Positions 26,846-35,628 of a stretch of DNA of 64,000 nt are shown here, one piece after another; the first letter of the stretch is position 1, and each line of letters starts with the position of its first letter. The notes under the pieces were generated by a model. That model made no database searches. It had not been told where the DNA came from and saw only the letters and a program-made list of their open reading frames with translations. The DNA is taken from NCBI GenBank assembly GCA_964551995.1, contig CAZKFD010000006.1, positions 2,894 to 66,893 of the forward strand, written 5' to 3'. The stretch comes from an uncultured Eubacteriales bacterium (GTDB taxonomy: Bacteria > Acidobacteriota > Aminicenantia > Aminicenantales > Saccharicenantaceae). The position numbers and the translations under genes are program-made.

Positions 26846-28133
26846 GCACGGCCAGCGTTTCTATGTGCGGCGTGTGCGGGAAAAAATCGTAGATCTTCAG
26901 GTCCCGGACCCCGTAGGCCTGCCGCAGGATCTTCAGGTCGCGCGCCAGCGTCGTCGGGTTGCAGGAGAGGTAGAGGACGAGCGGGACGCGGGCCGCGGCC
27001 AACTCCCGCAGCACCTCGGGGTCCACGCCCTTGCGCGGGGGATCGAGGATGACGACGTCGACGCCCCGTTCGAGAAGCTCCGGCAGCCACGCCTCGCTCG
27101 TCCCTTCGCAGAGGCTGAAGTTTCCGGCCCGGTTGAGCTCGATGTTCTTCTTGAGATAGCGCAGGTTGGCGGGGTCCGGCTCGACCCCGAAGACCTCTCT
27201 CGCGCCGCCGGCCAGGAAGAGGCCGAAGGTCCCGAGGCCGCAATAGAGATCGGCGACCGTCGCGTCCGGCATCCCCTTCACGGCCTCGGCCATGTCGTCG
27301 AAAACCTTCTCCAGGATGGCCACGTTGACCTGGAAGAACGACCGGGCTCCGACCCTGTAGGAAATCCCGCAGACGACCTCTTCGAGCCGGCCGACGCCGC
27401 CCATCGTTTCCTCCCGGACGCGTGTGCCGTCCTTGACCAATCCCACGATCCCCGACAGGGGATAACGCAGGTGGAGGCCCGAGAGTTTGCCCGACATCTC
27501 CTCAATCCTCGCGGCCGACTCGAGATGGAAGATGACAAGGGACCGTCGCCGCGACCGGCTCTCCCTGATCTCGAGGTCCGATACGGCCTCCCACTCCTCG
27601 CGGCCGACGAAGGCGACGAGCTCGGCGGCGAGGTCGTTCACCGCGTCGGAGACGAGATAACAGCGGTCCACCGGGACGAAGGACTCGCGCTCGCCCGGTT
27701 CGTGATAGACGGCCCGGGCCGTCCCGCCCTGCCGCACGATGCGCAGCCGGATCCTGTTCCGGTATCCCCAGATCTCTGGCGATGGTGTGACATTGAGAGC
27801 GCCGGAAAAGGCGTCCAGCGCGTGGCCGACGATCTCTTCGACCTGGGCCTTCTTCACCTCGAGCTGGGTGCCGTAATCCATGTCCTGATAGGGCGAGCAG
27901 GCGAGGTAATGGCGGCACCTCGGATCGACGCGGGCCGAGGACTTCTCGACGATCCGGACGGTCCGTGCCTCGGCGAAGCTCTTCCGCTCCCGGACGACCT
28001 CGGCCTCGACCGTTTCGCCCGGGAGCCCCCGGTCCGCGAAGACGACCTTCCCGCCGTCATGGGCCAGACTCCGCCCCGGGTAGACGATCTTTTCAATCTT
28101 CAATCCAGTCAATAAAGGGGACATAATACTCAT
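26832..28133 (-). CDS. Class I SAM-dependent RNA (uracil-5)-methyltransferase, TrmA/RlmD family
   Basis: N-terminal TRAM-like segment (GLPGETVEAEVVRERK), SAM motif DLYCGLGTFG, and catalytic C-terminal block (LVYLSCNPTTLARD). The start is uncertain because both candidate ATGs (28133, 28124) lie inside repeat copy B. Confidence 0.8.
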   Translation of the reverse strand: MSIMSPLLTGLKIEKIVYPGRSLAHDGGKVVFADRGLPGETVEAEVVRERKSFAEARTVRIVEKSSARVDPRCRHYLACSPYQDMDYGTQLEVKKAQVEEIVGHALDAFSGALNVTPSPEIWGYRNRIRLRIVRQGGTARAVYHEPGERESFVPVDRCYLVSDAVNDLAAELVAFVGREEWEAVSDLEIRESRSRRRSLVIFHLESAARIEEMSGKLSGLHLRYPLSGIVGLVKDGTRVREETMGGVGRLEEVVCGISYRVGARSFFQVNVAILEKVFDDMAEAVKGMPDATVADLYCGLGTFGLFLAGGAREVFGVEPDPANLRYLKKNIELNRAGNFSLCEGTSEAWLPELLERGVDVVILDPPRKGVDPEVLRELAAARVPLVLYLSCNPTTLARDLKILRQAYGVRDLKIYDFFPHTPHIETLAVLSSL

Positions 28134-28271
28134 TTCCTAATTTCTTCGGCCGGCGGAGGCGCGACTCTCATTTCCGGCCCCTCCCGGCGCCCCCTCGGCG
28201 TCATGGCGTCTCAGCCGGACGGCCCCGTTCCGGCCCCCTTGTCGAAATTCGGAAATGAGTATTGTGTCCCC
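28117..28271. repeat. MITE-like inverted-repeat element, copy B (155 bp)
   Basis: Left end GGGGACATAATACTCATTTCCTAATTTC (28117-28144). Reverse complement of the right end (28244-28271) is GGGGACACAATACTCATTTCCGAATTTC. Confidence 0.8.
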
Positions 28272-29488
28272 AATTTGATGTGGCGGCCCCTGCCGCTCCA
28301 GGGGACACCCATTTCCGACGGCAGGGCGTTCGCCGCATAGCAGGCCTCGAGCGCCTCGTCCAGACCATCGACCCAGATCCTCTGCGCCCCGCCGCCTTCC
28401 ACCCCTCCCCCTTCCGCCCCTCCGCCTCCCTCCTCAACGCGCCGCAGCCCGTCCGGGAATTCCCGGATCTCCGGCATCGAATCCTGCATCGCGTTGACGC
28501 AAAGCGTCTGGCTTGCGGCCGCTTTGAGTCCGCAAACCGGAAGTTTGCCGCTTCTCACGCCCCGGACGGTGTCCCAGAGCTTGTTCATGCGACCCTCGTC
28601 TGGAACCCCGTACTCCCGCCGCGTCCCGTCCGCGAACTCGGCCTTCAGGCCCGACACGCGGCTCTCGCATCTCACCGTCCCCCTCTCGAACTCATACGAG
28701 AAGACCGGGCCTCTTTCGGCTCGTCCGGCGTGCGTGACGTAAAACAGCACTTCGACGCCTTCTTCGGTCGCGGCCCGCATCGCCGCCGTGTCGTAGTTTT
28801 CGATGGGGTAGGCGCGGTAGAGCTCGGCTTCGACATCGACCGGGCGCGCCGCCTCCCGGTGCCCTTTCCCCAGCACGTAGAACATGTTGTGGAGGTCGTG
28901 GGCCATGGCGTTCTGAGCCGGGCTGTCGAGGATCCACCCTCCGGCGTCGTCGCGCTTCCTCCCGGCCCACCCGTTCCTCCGGTAATACGCCTCGTCGCGC
29001 GGCCAGAGGTACAGGCACTTCAGCCGCTTCGCCCGGCCGAACCGCCCGGCTATGACGTCGCTCTTCAGCGCCTGAACCGCCGCGCTGAACGACCACTGGT
29101 AGCCGACCGCCGCCCAGCGCCCCGCGCTCTCCCTCTCGGCCTCGATCATCTCCCGTGCTTCCCGGATCGTGCCTGCGAGCGGCTTCTCGCAAAGGACGTA
29201 GCTTCCCCGCTCCAGCGCGAGCCGCGTCTGGCGTGCGTGGAACTGGATGGGGGAGGAGAGGACGGCCAGTTCCGCCGTCCTGTTCCGGTAGAAATCCTCC
29301 AGCGCCGCGTAGAGCGGAACGCGCATGGCCCGCAGCTCCTCGAGCCACGGGCACCGCTCCGGTTCGGGGTCGACCGCCCCCGCGATCCGGAAGAGGCCCG
29401 AGTCCTTCGCGTTGAGGAGCTCTCGCACGTAGACAGCGCCCATGCCGCCGATGCCGACGAGGACGAGCGATACGGGGGCCCTGCTCAT
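28211..29488 (-). CDS. Gfo/Idh/MocA family oxidoreductase (C-terminal ~20 codons encoded by repeat copy B)
   Basis: Start at ATG 29488 (MSRAPVSLVLVGIGGMGAVY Rossmann motif) and an EKP motif (VLCEKPLA). The tail ...GTQYSFPNFDKGAGTGPSG* is read from the element. The longer listed ORF (to 29692) overlaps the upstream gene. Confidence 0.8.
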   Translation of the reverse strand: MSRAPVSLVLVGIGGMGAVYVRELLNAKDSGLFRIAGAVDPEPERCPWLEELRAMRVPLYAALEDFYRNRTAELAVLSSPIQFHARQTRLALERGSYVLCEKPLAGTIREAREMIEAERESAGRWAAVGYQWSFSAAVQALKSDVIAGRFGRAKRLKCLYLWPRDEAYYRRNGWAGRKRDDAGGWILDSPAQNAMAHDLHNMFYVLGKGHREAARPVDVEAELYRAYPIENYDTAAMRAATEEGVEVLFYVTHAGRAERGPVFSYEFERGTVRCESRVSGLKAEFADGTRREYGVPDEGRMNKLWDTVRGVRSGKLPVCGLKAAASQTLCVNAMQDSMPEIREFPDGLRRVEEGGGGAEGGGVEGGGAQRIWVDGLDEALEACYAANALPSEMGVPWSGRGRHIKLGTQYSFPNFDKGAGTGPSG

Positions 29489-29501
29489 GTTTTCCGGCGG
29501 C

Positions 29502-30638
29502 TCAATATTCGCACAGTTTGCCGTGCTCGTCCAGCATGGCCATGTAGTTGTCGTACTTCGTCCCGACGGCGACGCTGTGGCTCGAGCCAAGGATGAAGCG
29601 CCCGCCGGGCTTAGCGCACGACATGGCCCGCCGGACGTCTTGCCGGACGTCCTTCGCCGTCCCGCCGACCAAGTGCTCGACGGCGACGCCACCCCAGAGC
29701 GTGATCTGCCGCCCGTACGCCCTCTTGAGCCTGCAAATGTCCATTCCGGCCGTGGGCTGGATCGACTGGTAGGCGTCGTAGCCGATCTCGATGAAGTAAT
29801 CCATCATGGCGTTGACGTTGCCGCAGCAGTGCTTGAGGATCTTCTTGCCCAGCGCCTTGACGTTCCGGGCCCGCTCCTTGTTGGCCTCGAGGAACATGTC
29901 GCGGAACGTGTCCCGGCCGACGAAGGGGCCGCGGTTGTAGGCGAGGTCCTCGTCCCAGAGGACGCCGTCCGAACCCGGATGGATCCGGACGCCGTCGGCC
30001 TGGTTCTGCTGCCTGACGAGAAAGGCCGTCGCCGCCCGCACGACGTCCGGGCTCGCGGCGATCTCCGTCAAGCCTCTCTCCATGCCGCCCAGCAGGACGA
30101 TGCCGACGGACCCGCCAGACGGGCCGCAGATGAATTTTTCCGTCCCGAGCTCTCGGATGACGGCGTCCAGGATCCTCCAGGACCGCTCGTCGCGCCGCGG
30201 CGGCTCAGGCTCCCGCTCGAATTCTGCCGCCGTGAAGATCTTCGCCTGCGCGACCGGGTCCCGGATGCAGGTGATGTCCTGCGTGACCTCCGAGAACTTG
30301 TAGACCCGGCCGTATTTGTCCTCCCACGTCTCGGGATCGATGCGGCGCGGCGGAGGGTCGCCGGTCTCCGCCGGCATCTCCCAGGTCGCAGCGGGAAAGG
30401 TGACGATGTCGAGCGGCAGCCGCCGGTGGAGCTTGATGTGGTCTTTGAACCAGCTTTCGGCGACCTCGTCCCGCCGGCCCTCCCAGAAGGCGATCTGCGA
30501 CCGAGCCTTGGCCCGGAGATAGGTCTCGCGCCCGATGATCCTCTCGACCGTGTCGAAGTCGATGGCGAATTCCCCATAGGGGACCCTGTCGGGGATGCGG
30601 CCTTCGAGGACCGCGAGGACCCGCTCTTTGGAGGTCAT
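29502..30638 (-). CDS. UroD/MtaA-family methyltransferase-like protein (second paralogue)
   Basis: Start MTSKERVLAVLEGRIPDRVP (typical UroD-family N-terminus). ATG 30638 forms an ATGA overlap with the GH38 stop. ~378 aa. Confidence 0.75.
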   Translation of the reverse strand: MTSKERVLAVLEGRIPDRVPYGEFAIDFDTVERIIGRETYLRAKARSQIAFWEGRRDEVAESWFKDHIKLHRRLPLDIVTFPAATWEMPAETGDPPPRRIDPETWEDKYGRVYKFSEVTQDITCIRDPVAQAKIFTAAEFEREPEPPRRDERSWRILDAVIRELGTEKFICGPSGGSVGIVLLGGMERGLTEIAASPDVVRAATAFLVRQQNQADGVRIHPGSDGVLWDEDLAYNRGPFVGRDTFRDMFLEANKERARNVKALGKKILKHCCGNVNAMMDYFIEIGYDAYQSIQPTAGMDICRLKRAYGRQITLWGGVAVEHLVGGTAKDVRQDVRRAMSCAKPGGRFILGSSHSVAVGTKYDNYMAMLDEHGKLCEY

Positions 30639-33139
30639 TTCCCCGTGAGCCGCCTCTCCATGAGGTCCGTCTCCGCCCATTGCCGGGACCTCGGGATGAA
30701 GCGCAGCGTCTTGACCTCGAATGGGCCCATCCGGACTTTCTTCCGGGCTCCGAAGGCGGGCAGTCGGAGCCCGACGGTCCGGGGCTGTCCCGTCGGCTCG
30801 TAGAGGCGGACGACGATGTCGTTTCCGTCCTCGGCTTTCTTGAAGGCCGCGAGGATGACGGCCGGGCCGTCGAGGAGCACTCCGGCCTTGACCCTTTTAC
30901 CCGACCCCGGCGGCGAGAACGCGAGGACGTACGGCTTTTCGTTCCGGACGAGGGCCTCGCGCTCGACGGCCTCTAGCCGCTCGTCGAGGGGGCCGCCGTT
31001 GATCCAGAAATGGAAAAGGCGCTCGCCCTGGTCCTGCCTGGCGATGAAACGGTCGGGCGCCACGGCTAGCCTATCCTCCCACGTGTCGGCGGCGTAAGCC
31101 GGCGAGCGGAGGAGGGAGAGCCTCAGTTCGCCGTCGCAAAAATCAGACCCGTAGACGCAATCATTGACGACCGAGAGCGCCGCCCCGTCCCTTTCCGAGG
31201 TCACGGCGAGCCACTTCTGGGCCACGGCCTCGTCGCCGTTCGAGAGGAGCTCGTCCGCGCCGAACGCAACCTGGCCCATGAACCTTGACTCCCGCAGCGC
31301 CAACGGCAGGGCCAGCTTCAGCATCCTGTCTTTTTCGGCCCACAGAACGCGGACCTCGACCTCGATCTCGGCGCCCCTTTTCGGAATCTTGTAGCGCAGG
31401 AGGGCCGCCGACTTCCCGTAGGTCAGGATCGCCTCGACGACCGTCCGCACCTCGCCGTCTTCGACGACCCTGACTGCTGGGACGCTGCTTTCGCCGCCCG
31501 ACCCCGCAAAGGCCGAGGCCTCCTCCGGCGAGGCCAGACGGAACTCCCCGGCCGGCTTGCGGAAGCTCCGCACTTTCATCCCCCACGGGTCGGCGTTGTC
31601 GAGGATGACCAGCGGCCGGAACGAGCCGCTCCCGAGGAAGGCCCGGCCCCCGGCTTCATACCGGTCAAGGAGGCCCGTCCCGGCGTTGACAGCGGCGGCG
31701 AGGTCGCCGGTCACGACGGTCACGAACCCGCCCTCTTCCCGGACCCTCCCGGCGGGCTTTTCGGGCGCGGGCTCGAGCCGGCAGTCGAACCGGCTCAGCC
31801 GCGACGGCGCGAGCACGGCCTCAAAGGCGACGCGCTTCCGCCATTCGAGGCTGATGTTGCTCGTCTCCTTCTCGACCTGCGAGGGGAGATCCTTGCCGCC
31901 GGCCGCGACCCTCGGGTCCCAGAACTCTGTCCGGGCGTAATTGGGTTCCCACGGCTCGAATTCGCACTCGACGATGGTCCGGACGGGGAAGGGATGGGGA
32001 TTGAAGGCGAAGACCGGGATCACGCCGGCCGCGGCCTCGGGCTCGCCGGAGGCCAGGGCGAAAAAGGCCCGGGCCTTGAGACGGGCCAGGACCTCCAGGC
32101 CGTGATCGATCCGCCGCACGGCCGCCTCCTCGCCCGCCGGGATGGCCGAGCCGGGCAGGATGTCGTGGAACTCGGTGAAGGCGAGGTCCTCCATGGCCTC
32201 CGCGAGCTCCCCGCCCGGGTAGGGCAGGAGCTTCTGCGCCCACGCGGCCGTGACCATCTTCTCGGCGGTGTAGAGCTCGTTTTCGAGTCGGCGGTGGCCC
32301 TGCTTGACCCGGCTCATGGACGTGTAGCAGCCCACGGCCCAGGGATTGAGGTCCCGCGCTAGCCTGGGGAGCGATGGCTTCCTGGCCGCGAGCTCTTCGA
32401 AGAAGGCGTCGGGCGTCGAATGGACGATGTCAAGGTCGGGGCGGTCGCGCTCGAGCTCGTCGAGGTCGAGGAGGTCCCGCCGCGACGGGCCGCCGCCGTG
32501 GTCGCCGATGCCCCAGAGGTGGATGACGAGTTCCTTGCCGGGATTCCTCGCCAGCCATTCCTCGAGGCGCGCCCGCTCCTTGCCGCCGACCGAACAGTAA
32601 TGAGCCGAGGCCCGGTCGGCCAGGACCTCGGAGCCGTCGTAGCCGACCCAGACGAACTCGTCGGCCGGGAGCGTGCACCAGGGCTCGCCCGGCCGGCAGC
32701 AGAGGTAAGCCTCGTAGCCGCTCTTGGCCAGGATCTGGACGAGGCCGCGGGTGTGGCCGAAGGGGTCGAGGTTGACGGCCGTCCGCGGCTCGACGCCGAA
32801 CTTCTCGCGGAAGTACCGCTTCCCGAGCATGATCTGGCGGACGAACGACTCGCCGCTCGGCATGTTGCAGTCGGGCTGGAGGTACCAGCCGCCCATGACG
32901 TGCCACTTGCCGGCGCGGACGAGCCTCCTGATCCGCGCGAACAGGGCCGGCTCGTACTCCTCGACCCACTTGTAGAGGACGGCCTCGTTGTGGCAGAAGA
33001 CAAACCCCTTGTGTCGCTCGCAGAACTCGGCGGCCTGGCGGAAGGTCGACAGCGCCTCTCCGGCGCCCTCCTCCCATTCCCAGAGCCAGACTGGGTCGAG
33101 GTGGGCGTTCGCCACCAGGTGGATCCTTGTCCGGGCCAT
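30635..33139 (-). CDS. Glycoside hydrolase family 38 alpha-mannosidase
   Basis: N-terminal HLVANAHLDPVWLW metal-site motif, with GH38 central and C-terminal beta-sandwich-length regions. ATG 33139 lies 7 nt after AGGAG; the listed TTG 33145 is less likely. Confidence 0.9.
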   Translation of the reverse strand: MARTRIHLVANAHLDPVWLWEWEEGAGEALSTFRQAAEFCERHKGFVFCHNEAVLYKWVEEYEPALFARIRRLVRAGKWHVMGGWYLQPDCNMPSGESFVRQIMLGKRYFREKFGVEPRTAVNLDPFGHTRGLVQILAKSGYEAYLCCRPGEPWCTLPADEFVWVGYDGSEVLADRASAHYCSVGGKERARLEEWLARNPGKELVIHLWGIGDHGGGPSRRDLLDLDELERDRPDLDIVHSTPDAFFEELAARKPSLPRLARDLNPWAVGCYTSMSRVKQGHRRLENELYTAEKMVTAAWAQKLLPYPGGELAEAMEDLAFTEFHDILPGSAIPAGEEAAVRRIDHGLEVLARLKARAFFALASGEPEAAAGVIPVFAFNPHPFPVRTIVECEFEPWEPNYARTEFWDPRVAAGGKDLPSQVEKETSNISLEWRKRVAFEAVLAPSRLSRFDCRLEPAPEKPAGRVREEGGFVTVVTGDLAAAVNAGTGLLDRYEAGGRAFLGSGSFRPLVILDNADPWGMKVRSFRKPAGEFRLASPEEASAFAGSGGESSVPAVRVVEDGEVRTVVEAILTYGKSAALLRYKIPKRGAEIEVEVRVLWAEKDRMLKLALPLALRESRFMGQVAFGADELLSNGDEAVAQKWLAVTSERDGAALSVVNDCVYGSDFCDGELRLSLLRSPAYAADTWEDRLAVAPDRFIARQDQGERLFHFWINGGPLDERLEAVEREALVRNEKPYVLAFSPPGSGKRVKAGVLLDGPAVILAAFKKAEDGNDIVVRLYEPTGQPRTVGLRLPAFGARKKVRMGPFEVKTLRFIPRSRQWAETDLMERRLTGK

Positions 33140-33149
33140 TGTCAATCTC

Positions 33150-33416
33150 CTTTCGCCGCGCCTCTCATCGTCGCTTCTCGGAATCCTCTAGCTGCCGGAT
33201 GTGTTGCATCCCGGCGCGCCCCGTCCATCCTCGCATCGCTCCGATCGCATCGCAACCCGATTCCTGAATCCCCACTCGCCCGCTTTCGGTGGCGCTGCTG
33301 CGCTCTCTCGCTTGGCGTCGCCATGACGTTTAATGGCTTCACTGCCTTTAACGGCGCCGTAGGCCGGAGCGCCCAACTCGGCTGCGGGTGGGCGGGGACT
33401 CGCACCGTGCCACTCA
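33150..33416 (-). ncRNA. Candidate structured 5' leader (possible riboswitch; class unconfirmed)
   Basis: A ~270-nt non-coding gap lies upstream of GH38. On the minus-strand RNA, CCCCGCCCACCCGC pairs 12/14 with GCGGGCGAGUGGGG about 95 nt downstream. This helix is flanked by UCCUGA/UCAGGA and encloses several hairpins. There is partial resemblance to cobalamin-riboswitch core strings (GGUGCGAGUCC, CCCGC, GCCACCG). Confidence 0.3.
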
Positions 33417-34052
33417 TCAGGATTTGCTAACCTTCGGGCCATATTTGCGGCCCTTGCTATTTTGTCTCAACGCCGCTCGCCTCGGCAGGACCGCCTCCAA
33501 TCTGAGTGTCTCGCCGTCCGCCGGCAGGGGGAGATCGATGCCGCTCTTTCTGTACCGGCGATATGACCTGCCGGCCCAGTAGCCCGGCTCCTCGCCAGGC
33601 CGCGCTGTTCTGACAAGGATGTCGAGGCGCCCGCCGCGGAGCCGCAACGAGGCCTTCGCCCACGGCAGCCCGCAGAGCAACCGCTCGACGACGCGGTACG
33701 GGCCGCTCCGCCAGGTCACTTCGACCATCGGGAAACCGACGCGGGGCACCCAGCGGGCCTTGACGGCGCTCGGCCCGGGCCGCAGGGCCGTCCGGCCTTC
33801 GACGAGCTCGATGCCGGTCGGGCCGAGTCCCCCTGCCGGGTCGAACGTCAGCGCACGGCGCTTCGGACCCAGGCGCTCCGGGTCCATGACGAGCAGGCCG
33901 ACGGGCGTGGCTGCGCCGGAGCCGCAGACCTGGACGGCCGCCTGAATGAGGCCGTTGCCGAGGAAAAAATATTCGGCCCCCGGGATCGTCGTCCGCGCGT
34001 CGGCGGGCTCCTGCGAAGGATCGTCCGCATAGAAGTGCTCCTGGACTTCCAT
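33417..34052 (-). CDS. Hypothetical protein
   Basis: Codon bias is consistent with coding and no motif was recognised. The basic C-terminal tail (RQNSKGRKYGPKVSKS) lies in a local low-GC patch and may be non-native. Confidence 0.4.
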   Translation of the reverse strand: MEVQEHFYADDPSQEPADARTTIPGAEYFFLGNGLIQAAVQVCGSGAATPVGLLVMDPERLGPKRRALTFDPAGGLGPTGIELVEGRTALRPGPSAVKARWVPRVGFPMVEVTWRSGPYRVVERLLCGLPWAKASLRLRGGRLDILVRTARPGEEPGYWAGRSYRRYRKSGIDLPLPADGETLRLEAVLPRRAALRQNSKGRKYGPKVSKS

Positions 34053-34149
34053 GAGGAAGGATTATCGTACATGCGCCTGGCGTGGTCAAACAGGCAGAAT
34101 AATAGAAACGCCGCTCAGCCTGGGCCGGGCCTTTGGCCTGAATTTCGGA

Positions 34150-34350
34150 TCAGGCCCGGGACGGGCCGCGGAGGACCCTGGCCGGGAGCATGATCAGGGC
34201 CGCGAAGAGAGCCAGGGCGGCCGTGACAGTGATCCCGAGAAGCCGGAAGGGCAGGAGGAGGAGCCAGATAATCGGATAGAGGATCAGGGCGAGGAGCGCC
34301 AGGGGCCAGCAAATGACAAGAAGGATAAGCCAAAGAAGAAACTTAAGCAT
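34150..34350 (-). CDS. Small hydrophobic membrane protein (66 aa, 2 TM)
   Basis: ATG 34350 is preceded by GGAGAG. Sequence: MLKFLLWLILLVICWPLALLALILYPIIWLLLLPFRLLGITVTAALALFAALIMLP. Confidence 0.4.
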   Translation of the reverse strand: MLKFLLWLILLVICWPLALLALILYPIIWLLLLPFRLLGITVTAALALFAALIMLPARVLRGPSRA

Positions 34351-34567
34351 CTTCGCTCTCCACTTCTTTATTATACGATGACGGCGTCTCAAAAGTTCAC
34401 CCCGTCCCCCGCGCTCTGGACCCGTCTAACTCGATTCCTCTTCGAAGGCCGGACCCCCTGTTCCCGGGATGTCCCCATATTAGCGATGTCCCCCAATGAG
34501 GGGAGCGCCGCTCGGAACAGTGCCCTCGGGAGATGTCTGAAATGGGTTTCGGCAGGGGAGGAACGGA

Positions 34568-35445
34568 TCAGCCGCCCCGCGCGAATTCGTCCAGCGCCTC
34601 CCGGAGCGCGATGACGTTCTGCGGGTCGGTGTCGTAAGCCACGACCCCGCAGCCGAACAGCAGCCCCGGCTGGTCCCTCGTTGCCTCGAGGATCCGGAGC
34701 GCCTCCCTCCGGATCTCCTCGGGCCGTCCGCGGTGGACGAGGCGCGCGTCGACGCTCGCGCGGAAGGCCCGGCGTTCCTGGCTGCACCTCCTCTTGAAGA
34801 GCTCGAGGTCCGAGCCGGCGTCACACAAGAGTTGCGTCGCGCCCGTCCGGAGGAGGTCTTCGAGAATGCCGGTCGTGTCCCCGCCGACGATGAGCGGCAC
34901 CTGGGACGCGCCCGCCTTCCGGAGCTCGGGCACGACGAGATCGCGGTAGACCGGGAGGACGAAATCTCGGAAGACCCGTGGCGAGGCCGCGCCCGGCGAG
35001 GCCTTGGAATCAAAGATGACGACCCCGGCGCCCCTGGCCAGGAAGGCTGCCCCGAAGCCCGCCGTCACCCGGCCGCGTCCAGGAAGAGAGGCATGCGGCC
35101 GTCGCATTCGGGGTCGGGGAGCCGCAGCCTCGCGAGGTCCCCGTGCCACCGGAGAAGGGGAGAGACGATCGCGGGCACGTCGTTCGAGCCGTCGAAGAAA
35201 CGGACCTCGCCGCCGAGGGCCTCGGCCTCCACGTTGTAGACGTCCACCCCGACGGTGAGGATGTCCGGGTCGTAGGCCTCGAGCTCGCGGAGGCAGGCCT
35301 CTCGGAGGAGGCCGCCGTTGCGGCAGATCTCCGACGGCGAGCGGCCGAGGAGGCGGCCCTTGTGCTCATAGATCGCTGGAACGAAGGGAGGGCGGTCGGG
35401 GCGTCCGAATCCGCAGGTCTCTTCAACCCGTTGGCGCTTGGTCAT
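34568..35445 (-). pseudogene. UroD/MtaA-family protein (third paralogue) interrupted by a frameshift
   Basis: The N-terminal 126 aa (35065..35445, MTKRQRVEETCGFGRPDRPPFVPAIYEH...) and the C-terminal ~165 aa (34568..~35070, ...AAFLARGAGVVIFDSKASPGAASPRVFRDFVLPVY...) are in different frames with an overlapping open region. The join is most plausible near 35065-35075. Confidence 0.55.
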
Positions 35446-35628
35446 GGACGTTCCGGGAAGGTTGCGGCGGCGGCCGCTGAGCCGCGCCGCTCGCGGCGCC
35501 GTAGCGCCCCGAGTGTACAGCAGTCCCCGTTGAGCGTCAATGGAATGGCAGACGGGGAGGGAGAGCGGAAAGGTGGGATTCAGGCGGAGGGAGGCCGCTC
35601 GGGGCGGCCCGGCCTGCAGGCGGGACCG

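Noticed and set aside
33413-33420. CUGAUGAG on the minus-strand transcript, resembling the hammerhead ribozyme core
   Set aside because: The remaining hammerhead elements (a GAAA(C) core strand after a short stem II, and a cleavage-site GUH in the right geometry) are not present nearby. It most likely just overlaps the stop codon of the upstream ORF.
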